NCBI GenBank assembly: GCA_037442105.1
Contig: JBBIQV010000013.1
Location: 49,105 to 69,104, forward strand
Length of the DNA stretch: 20,000 bases
Reading direction: 5' to 3'
Source: Nitrospiraceae bacterium
GTDB lineage: Bacteria; Nitrospirota; Nitrospiria; Nitrospirales; Nitrospiraceae
Shown here: positions 9,914 to 18,037 of the stretch, in pieces
How the letters are laid out: every line of letters starts with the position of its first letter
How positions within the stretch are numbered: the stretch's first letter is position 1
Translations under genes and position numbers: made by a program
Notes under the pieces: generated by a model
What the model was told of the DNA's origin: nothing
Database searches by the model: none
Seen by the model: the letters and a program-made list of their open reading frames with translations, nothing else

Positions 9914-11017
9914 TTAGCTGAGCTTCATCATCCGATCAAGGGCGATCTTGGCCCAGTACTTCTCGTCGTCCGGCACCACGATCTGGTTCACCACCTGCCC
10001 TTCGGCCAGATTTTCCATAGCCCAGCAAAGGTGCGGCGCATCGATCCGAAACATGGTCGCACATTGGCAGACGGTCGAGGAGAGAAAAAATACCCGCTTG
10101 TCCGGCTGCTCGCGCTTGAGCCGATTGACCAGATTCATCTCGGTTCCCACTGCCCAGGTTGTTCCCGCAGGCGCAGCCTTGACCGTTCGAATGATGAACT
10201 CGGTGGACCCAACCAGATCGGCCTTGTTGACCACATCCTCATGGCACTCGGGATGCACGATGACGGTGCCGCCCGGATATTGCTTGCGGAAATAGTCCAC
10301 GTGCGCCGGCTGGAACATCTGATGGACGCTGCAGTGCCCCTTCCAGAGAATCAGTCGAGCCCGGCTGATGGCCTCGACCGTATTCCCGCCGCGCGGCATG
10401 TATGGGTCCCACACGATCATTTCCTCACGCGGCACCCCCATTTTGTTCGCCGTGTTCCGGCCGAGATGCTCGTCGGGGAAAAAGAGAATTTTTTCGCGCC
10501 GCGCCCAAGCCCATTCGATGACGGCCCTGGCATTGGAGGAGGTGCAGGTAATCCCGCCATGCTCGCCACAGAAGGCTTTCAACACTGCGGCAGAATTCAC
10601 GTAGACCGCGGGCAGGACCGTCTCTTCGACAGGAAGAATTCGCCCCAACGTGTCCCAGCACTGCTCGACTTGTTCAATGGCCGCCATATCAGCCATTGAG
10701 CACCCGGCCGCCAGGTCCGGCAGGATGACGACTTGTTTGGAGCGGCTCAGGATATCGGCGGTCTCCGCCATAAAGTGCACGCCGCAGAAGATGACATAAG
10801 GACGGTCCGCCCGCTCCGCCGCAATCTTGGCCAGCAAGAGGGAGTCCCCTCGAAAATCTGCATGTTCGATCACTTCGTCCCGCTGGTAGTTGTGGCCCAA
10901 CACCATAACCCGATCCCCCAAGGCTCGCTTCGCCTCAGCGGTACGCGCCAAGAGTTCCTCTTGCGAGAGCTGCTGGTACTCCGTGATCGGCCTTGGCAAC
11001 GTGCTGACAGCTTTCAC
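9914..11017 (-). CDS. nadA: Quinolinate synthase A ([4Fe-4S])
   Basis: LGHNYQ, FCGVHFMAETA, GCSMADMA, GHCSVH, VHPEC, VGST and CATM motifs, including three cluster Cys; GTG start with AAGGTG RBS. Confidence 0.95.
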   Translation of the reverse strand: MKAVSTLPRPITEYQQLSQEELLARTAEAKRALGDRVMVLGHNYQRDEVIEHADFRGDSLLLAKIAAERADRPYVIFCGVHFMAETADILSRSKQVVILPDLAAGCSMADMAAIEQVEQCWDTLGRILPVEETVLPAVYVNSAAVLKAFCGEHGGITCTSSNARAVIEWAWARREKILFFPDEHLGRNTANKMGVPREEMIVWDPYMPRGGNTVEAISRARLILWKGHCSVHQMFQPAHVDYFRKQYPGGTVIVHPECHEDVVNKADLVGSTEFIIRTVKAAPAGTTWAVGTEMNLVNRLKREQPDKRVFFLSSTVCQCATMFRIDAPHLCWAMENLAEGQVVNQIVVPDDEKYWAKIALDRMMKLS

Positions 11018-11065
11018 CGATTGACACCTTCGTCAGGGATGAGGATCTCGAACATAGGCTGCGTC

Positions 11066-11094
11066 ATTGTACGACACACCTCCATGACAATCAA
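11066..11094 (-). promoter_or_regulatory. Putative sigma-70 promoter for nadA-ileS-lspA
   Basis: Minus strand TTGATT-17 nt-TACAAT. Confidence 0.55.
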
Positions 11095-11166
11095 CGAAAC
11101 CGCTCAGAGAGAAAGCCCTATCACATGCCCGTCCAATAGGCCGACTATTGTGGGTCCAAAAGCCGA

Positions 11167-11195
11167 TTGACATGGCCGGTGCCCAACGCTACCAT
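11167..11195 (+). promoter_or_regulatory. Sigma-70 promoter for the thiC leader
   Basis: TTGACA-17 nt-TACCAT immediately upstream of the riboswitch. Confidence 0.75.
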
Positions 11196-11205
11196 CACGT
11201 ACCAA

Positions 11206-11290
11206 AGCTAGGGGGGCCATACGGCTGAGAGTCCGCTCGAATCGGACGACCCTCAGAACCTGACCTGGGTAATACCAGCGTAGGGAAGCG
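11206..11290 (+). ncRNA. TPP riboswitch (THI element) aptamer
   Basis: ctagggggg...gctgaga...gaccctcagaacctgacctgggtaataccagcgtaggga matches the TPP consensus; lies upstream of thiC. Confidence 0.96.
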
Positions 11291-11318
11291 CAGCGGAGCT
11301 GAGTGTCGCGGTCGGTTC

Positions 11319-11357
11319 AGCCGTACCCCGGAAGGTGGTACGGCTTTTGTGTTTTTT
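11319..11357 (+). terminator. Riboswitch expression-platform intrinsic terminator
   Basis: 9-bp stem agccgtacc/ggtacggct followed by tttgtgtttttt. Confidence 0.85.
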
Positions 11358-11360
11358 ATG

Positions 11361-11406
11361 AGCGAATAGCTGGTAGCTCGAAGCTGGTAGCTGCTCGCTA
11401 TTCACT
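11361..11406. repeat. Short heptamer-array inverted repeat, AGCGAAT/GCTATTC flavour
   Basis: agcgaat-agctggt-agc ... gctgctc-gctattc-act between the terminator and the thiC RBS. Confidence 0.65.
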
Positions 11407-11410
11407 GTAA

Positions 11411-13363
<1,953 letters not shown>

Positions 13364-13368
13364 AAGGC

Positions 13369-13445
13369 GCTTTCAGCGATCAGCTGTCAGCAGTCAGCTT
13401 AAAATCCAAAGCTGAAGGCTGATGGCTGATAGCTGATAGCTGAAC
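13369..13445. repeat. Heptamer-array inverted repeat, TCAGC/GCTGA flavour (5' of thi4)
   Basis: gc-tttcagc-gatcagc-tgtcagc-agtcagc-tt, an A-rich loop, then gctgaag-gctgatg-gctgata-gctgata-gctgaac. Confidence 0.9.
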
Positions 13446-13455
13446 GGAGTCGTAT

Positions 13456-14256
13456 ATGAGCAAGCCACGTCCAGCACCGCTCAGAGAACGTGACATCACC
13501 AGGCAAATTGCCCGAGAGTACTATAAAGAGTTCGATCAATTGATCGAGAGCGATGTGATCATTGTCGGCGCAGGCCCGTCCGGGCTGATTTGCGCGCACG
13601 ATCTGGCAACAACGGGGTTTCGCACTCTGATCGTTGAGCAAAGCCTCGCGCTCGGTGGGGGGTTCTGGTCCGGCGGTTACTTGATGAGCAAAGCCGCGAT
13701 CTGCGCCCCGGCCAATGAGATTCTCGAAGAGATCGGCGTGCCCTGCAAACAGATCAGAGACTGTGCGGGCATGTTCATGGTCGATCCCCCCCATGCAACC
13801 GGCGCATTGATAGCCGCCGTGTGTCGGGCCGGTGCCAAGATCATGAACCTGACGCGCGTCGTGGACTTGATTCTTCGCAAAGACGGCTTACTAGAAGGAG
13901 TCGTGGTCAACAACACCACCGCCGAAATGGCGGGCCATGACGTGATCCACGTAGACCCGATCGCGCTGGAGAGCACAATCGTGGTGGACGCAACGGGCCA
14001 CGATGCAGTCGTCGTGGGGCTCTTGCACAAGCGGAATCTCTACAAGCAAGTTCCCGGCAACGGTGCCATGTGGGTGTCCCGTTCGGAAGAAGAAGTGATG
14101 GACCGGACCGGCGAAGTCTATCCCAACTGCTTCGTGGTCGGGCTGGCAGTGGCCGCCGTGTACGGCACCCCGCGCATGGGACCGTCCTTCGGCTCGATGT
14201 TGCTCTCAGGCCGGTATGGAGCGGAGTTAATTAAGAAGAAGCTGAAGAACGAATAA
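13456..14256 (+). CDS. thi4: Thi4-family thiazole synthase, His-type (sulfide-dependent)
   Basis: ITRQIAREY..DVIIVGAGPSGL, GGGFWSGG, HVDP, DATGHDA and PRMGPSFGSMLLSG; directly after thiC. Confidence 0.92.
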   Translation: MSKPRPAPLRERDITRQIAREYYKEFDQLIESDVIIVGAGPSGLICAHDLATTGFRTLIVEQSLALGGGFWSGGYLMSKAAICAPANEILEEIGVPCKQIRDCAGMFMVDPPHATGALIAAVCRAGAKIMNLTRVVDLILRKDGLLEGVVVNNTTAEMAGHDVIHVDPIALESTIVVDATGHDAVVVGLLHKRNLYKQVPGNGAMWVSRSEEEVMDRTGEVYPNCFVVGLAVAAVYGTPRMGPSFGSMLLSGRYGAELIKKKLKNE

Positions 14257-14259
14257 GTA

Positions 14260-14338
14260 GCTTTCAGCAGTCAGCAATCAGCCGTCAGAATCAAAAGAAG
14301 AAGAATCGCGTTGAGCTGATCGCTGAGAGCTGATGGCT
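14260..14338. repeat. Heptamer-array inverted repeat, TCAGC/GCTGA flavour (3' of thi4)
   Basis: gc-tttcagc-agtcagc-aatcagc-cgtcaga, an A-rich loop, then gctgatc-gctgaga-gctgatg-gct. Confidence 0.88.
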
Positions 14339-14353
14339 TCTCTGCTAATCACC

Positions 14354-14869
14354 ATGGACGTTCAAGACTTCCTGATCCAAGGCGAGGGCAGCGAGGAAGA
14401 CAAGCGCGAGGCCTGGCTTTTGTTCCAGCAAGCTTACGAAAGCCAAATGAAGGGCGAGCTGGAAGAAGCCATCAACCTGTACAAGAAGTCCCTGGCCATG
14501 CATCCGACGGCAGAAGCCCACACGTTCCTGGGCTGGACCTACAGCTTCATGGGCAAGTTGGACGAGGCAATCGACGAATGCCACCGCGCCATCGAACGCG
14601 ATCCGGACTTCGGTAATCCCTATAACGACATTGGCGCCTATCTGATCGAGAAAGGGGAGTTCGATGAGGCCATTCCCTGGTTCAAAAAAGCCATGCAGGC
14701 GCCGCGGTATGAAAGTCCCGCATTCCCCCATTTGAACATAGGCCGCGTTTACGAACGCAAGGGTCAGTGGACGGAAGCGATCGAGTCTTATAAGCAGGCA
14801 CTCACGCTCAATCCCGACTATGTCCTGGCCAAACGCGCGCTGAGCCGGCTCATCAGCTCACTCAACTAA
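14354..14869 (+). CDS. Tetratricopeptide repeat protein (about 4 TPRs)
   Basis: Repeats such as AEAHTFLGWTYSFMGKLDEAIDECHRAIERDP and PHLNIGRVYERKGQWTEAIESYKQALTLNP; likely start ATG 14354. Confidence 0.88.
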   Translation: MDVQDFLIQGEGSEEDKREAWLLFQQAYESQMKGELEEAINLYKKSLAMHPTAEAHTFLGWTYSFMGKLDEAIDECHRAIERDPDFGNPYNDIGAYLIEKGEFDEAIPWFKKAMQAPRYESPAFPHLNIGRVYERKGQWTEAIESYKQALTLNPDYVLAKRALSRLISSLN

Positions 14870-14890
14870 CCGGCGAATTCCTGATGTACG

Positions 14891-15295
14891 ATGTCAACGA
14901 CGGCCGACAAGAAAACCGTCCTCGTGGTGGTGACCGACATCTTCTTCTACACCAAGGTCCGCGATGCCCTCTTGCCACAAGGCTATCACCTTGAGCGGGC
15001 GCGAGTGCAGCAAGACGTGCCGCAGAAGGCCGCCTCGCTGCACCCGGTCGCCATGATCCTCAACTTGAGCGATCCCGCCGTGGACGGCATGAAGGCGCTT
15101 GAGGCGGTCAAGGCTGACCGGTCGTTGCAATCCATTCCCGTGCTGGCCTTTGCCAACCACGAGGAAGTGGACACCTGGAAACGCGCCAAGGAGCTGGGCG
15201 TGACGAAGATCGTGTCACGGAACGAGTTTTCCGCCTACATGAGGAAACTGGTTGAGGAACTGCTTGGCGAACAGCCAGCAGCGAGCAGCGAGTAG
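14891..15295 (+). CDS. Single-domain response-regulator receiver-like protein (atypical)
   Basis: CheY-like pattern KTVLVV..., ILNLSDPAVDGMKALEAVK...IPVLAF...AKELGVTKIVS. Confidence 0.8.
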   Translation: MSTTADKKTVLVVVTDIFFYTKVRDALLPQGYHLERARVQQDVPQKAASLHPVAMILNLSDPAVDGMKALEAVKADRSLQSIPVLAFANHEEVDTWKRAKELGVTKIVSRNEFSAYMRKLVEELLGEQPAASSE

Positions 15296-15338
15296 CCAAA
15301 ACTCCGGGCTATCAGCTATTCGCTGTTTGCTATTCGCT
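15266..15338. repeat. Heptamer-array inverted repeat, AGCGARY/GCTATTC flavour, overlapping the receiver gene stop
   Basis: ggcgaac-agccagc-agcgagc-agcgagt-agcc ... gctatca-gctattc-gctgttt-gctattc-gct. Confidence 0.88.
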
Positions 15339-15347
15339 GACTCGAAG

Positions 15348-16439
15348 ATGAAACAATCCCGACTCCATAATCATCATCTCAAACTCGGCGCCATCTTCGC
15401 GGAGAGCGGCGGCTGGGAAATGCCCGCTCACTACGGCGATATGCAGGCAGAACATGCGGCAGTCCGTCAGGCGGTTGGGCTGGCGGATCTCTCGCACCGC
15501 GGCAAACTTCGTGTCACCGGCGACGACCGGGTGAAGTGGCTCCAAAGTGTGATTAGCAACGACATTCTCCCCCTGCAACCGGGGCAAGGAGGCTATTCGA
15601 GCATTCTCACCCACAAGGGGAAAATGCTGACCTATTTTCGCGTCTACATACAGACAGATGCCGTAACGCTGGAAGATGTGGGGGAAATCGGGGACGCCAC
15701 CTACACCGCACTCCGGAAATTTCTCCTTTACGGCACCAAAGCCAAGATGGAAAACTGCGCCGAGAGTTGGGGGCTCTTGCTCGTGAGCGGACCGAAAGCG
15801 CCATCGGTCGTGCGATCGGCGTTTGGCATGGATGTGGACGATTTGCAGCCGGTGAACTTCGTTACGGCACGGATCGGCGGACATACCGTCCTCATTATTC
15901 GCACGGAAGAAACCGGCGAAATCGATCTGGAAATCCTGCTACCGACCGAGGCCCTGGCGGCAGCATGGGAACAGCTCCTGCAGGCCGGTGCTGCCTACGG
16001 CATCAAACCGATCGGCAGCCAAGCTCGTGAAGCGCTCCGCATGGAAGCGGGCTTGCCGAAAGCCGGACCGGATTTGAACGAAGAGATCGTTCCACCGGAG
16101 GCGAATCTGGAAGGGAAAGCCTTCAGCTTGAGCAAGGGCTGCTATCCAGGCCAGGAAGTCGTGGCGCGGATGGACACGTACGGTAACGTGCGGCGGCACC
16201 TTGTCGGGCTGGTTCTCAAAGACTCCGTTGTTCCTCCGCATGGAGCCAAGCTGTTCAGCGGCGATCGGGAAGTCGGCTGGATCAGCAGCGCCACTCAGTC
16301 GCCACAGATGAAGGCGGTCATCGCTTTCGGGTTCCCGCTGCGGGATTTCTCAGCACCCGGCACCACCCTCTCGATTGACATATCCGGAACTCGCCACGAG
16401 GCCGCTGTCCGACCCTTGCCGTTTTACACAGGCGCATAA
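15348..16439 (+). CDS. Folate-binding YgfZ/GcvT-family protein
   Basis: GcvT-like N-terminus (GWEMPAHY, EHAAVRQAVGLADLSHRG), LRMEAG and the YgfZ signature KGCYPGQE; likely start ATG 15348. Confidence 0.88.
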   Translation: MKQSRLHNHHLKLGAIFAESGGWEMPAHYGDMQAEHAAVRQAVGLADLSHRGKLRVTGDDRVKWLQSVISNDILPLQPGQGGYSSILTHKGKMLTYFRVYIQTDAVTLEDVGEIGDATYTALRKFLLYGTKAKMENCAESWGLLLVSGPKAPSVVRSAFGMDVDDLQPVNFVTARIGGHTVLIIRTEETGEIDLEILLPTEALAAAWEQLLQAGAAYGIKPIGSQAREALRMEAGLPKAGPDLNEEIVPPEANLEGKAFSLSKGCYPGQEVVARMDTYGNVRRHLVGLVLKDSVVPPHGAKLFSGDREVGWISSATQSPQMKAVIAFGFPLRDFSAPGTTLSIDISGTRHEAAVRPLPFYTGA

Positions 16440-17356
16440 AGTCGTGTTCCGGTCCTGTCACCCGCATTCAGGTCCGGTGTCAAGGGCCTCCGACGCTCGC
16501 GAAGATCCGGCAGCGTAAATCTTTCTCCCAGTAATGACTCGCCAAGTGCCTCTACCGCTTTTTTTAAATTCAGCCACAAGCGGACTTCTTTCTTCTTCCG
16601 GTCTTCCTCCGGAACGTTCTCGAGTTCTTTCCAGAGGTAGAGGGTAATCTCCTCGCCGGACCAGAGTTCCTCGCCGGTCACGGTATCCACCGCCCAGGCA
16701 TCCACCCGCACGGGACTGAAGGCCACGCCGAAGAGATAGCCGCCGCCGAACCAGACCGGCGTGCTGGTCAACAACTCGAAGCCGATGTTGCCGAAGATGG
16801 CCGCCGGATTCCAGCTTGTCGCCAAGCCAAGCGCGACACTTTCCCAGGTCATGTCTCCGACCATCCCGGCCGCCAACCATTGCCAGCGGACCTTGCCGAA
16901 GTCTTGGACGATGCCGCCGACCAGCAACTCCGCTTCCAACGACGTTCGCAGCGCGGCAAGCTGATCCTTCGTCGGAAGCACTCCCGGTTTCACACCGATC
17001 TGCTGCTGCGCCGCGTCAACCTGTTCCAGCGGCACCAGGTCGAACTGCTCGGCAGCGGCGAGCTTGTAATAGAGGAGCTGCCGCGTTTTGTTCCTGATGC
17101 CTTCGACGGCCTGCGCCACAAGTCGCCGTTCGTCGTCCGGGACCAGTTCACCCTCGATCGTTTGCACGGAGGAGAGGCTGGTGATCTCGACGCCCATGCC
17201 GAACTCGAGGACCGCGACCCTCGGCCGGTCCGGCGACGGCGTGCGGGGTACTGCGCTCGAATGGAACCAACTGCAGCTTGTTTGCCCAACGGCGAGGACA
17301 ATGAGCAGGGGAACGAGGAGAGAGCCAGCCAGCCGGGAACGGCGTTCAGGGGTCAT
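16424..17356 (-). CDS. Hypothetical exported protein / possible lipoprotein
   Basis: Start ATG 17356 with a basic n-region, hydrophobic h-region and a Cys (GQTSC). RPRVAVLEF follows, as in CsgG/TolB-N-like folds. 16-nt convergent overlap with the YgfZ-like gene. Confidence 0.7.
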   Translation of the reverse strand: MTPERRSRLAGSLLVPLLIVLAVGQTSCSWFHSSAVPRTPSPDRPRVAVLEFGMGVEITSLSSVQTIEGELVPDDERRLVAQAVEGIRNKTRQLLYYKLAAAEQFDLVPLEQVDAAQQQIGVKPGVLPTKDQLAALRTSLEAELLVGGIVQDFGKVRWQWLAAGMVGDMTWESVALGLATSWNPAAIFGNIGFELLTSTPVWFGGGYLFGVAFSPVRVDAWAVDTVTGEELWSGEEITLYLWKELENVPEEDRKKKEVRLWLNLKKAVEALGESLLGERFTLPDLRERRRPLTPDLNAGDRTGTRLYAPV

Positions 17357-17429
17357 GCCATCGCGAGAGCGATATGCCCCCTTCACTCCCCCGCTCTGAA
17401 GAAACGGAATACGGAGAGACTGAGCCGGA

Positions 17430-17915
17430 TTACGACCGTTCAGGGTTACGCACCGCCGCAACGGCGCTCGCAAACGCCAGCAGGCTCTTCCGCTCGTCGT
17501 CGTCCAGCGCCAGCAGCAGATGCGTTTCCTCCGCATGCATCAATCGTAAACTGAGAAACGGTTCTTCGCGACGTTTTTCCCGGTTGTCCCACACCGCATC
17601 GATCACCTGCACCTTATCCAACTGACCCACCGAGACCACGTCGTACCGGAAATACTGGTCGCCGATCACCATGTCGAACACCACGTTGCCCGCCGTCAGG
17701 AGCACGAGGTTGAACCGTCCCTGCTCTTCATACCCTTCGGGCAAGAACTTATTCACGTGGCAGAACGCCACCTTCCGGTCTCCTAATGCCGCCCGAATTT
17801 TCAGCTTCAGCCCCTCATAGTCGATCTGTAATGCTTTTTCATCCGGCCCGGTAGCCGCCACGGCGGCGTCCTTTGCTTTTTCGAAAATCTGATCCGCCGA
17901 CATCAATCCTGCCAT
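17430..17915 (-). CDS. Hypothetical protein (161 aa)
   Basis: ATG 17915 preceded by an AAAGGAGA RBS; protein-like composition, beta-rich core with a terminal helix. Confidence 0.75.
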   Translation of the reverse strand: MAGLMSADQIFEKAKDAAVAATGPDEKALQIDYEGLKLKIRAALGDRKVAFCHVNKFLPEGYEEQGRFNLVLLTAGNVVFDMVIGDQYFRYDVVSVGQLDKVQVIDAVWDNREKRREEPFLSLRLMHAEETHLLLALDDDERKSLLAFASAVAAVRNPERS

Positions 17916-18037
17916 GTGCCTGTCTCCTTTATCTTGCGGTGCAACTTGTATCCCGACGTGATACACAAGCAAAGCGAGAATGTACGGTAACTGGCGTGCG
18001 GCTGGGATTGCAAGAGGATTTTCGACTGCACGATGGT

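Noticed and set aside
9227..10699. 490-aa plus-strand ORF and other long antisense ORFs (922-1746, 3481-4248, 11951-12589, 12650-13294, 16880-17554, 18236-18850)
   Set aside because: Shadow frames opposite well-supported genes in GC-rich DNA, with no recognisable motifs.
15252..15347. N-terminal extension of the YgfZ-like ORF (MRNCLANSQQRAASSQ...)
   Set aside because: It is the translation of the repeat element and overlaps the receiver gene; family similarity begins at ATG 15348.
17376..17419. Possible fourth heptamer flavour (acggaat-acggaga with a C/T-rich opposite arm)
   Set aside because: Pairing and periodicity are too weak to support.
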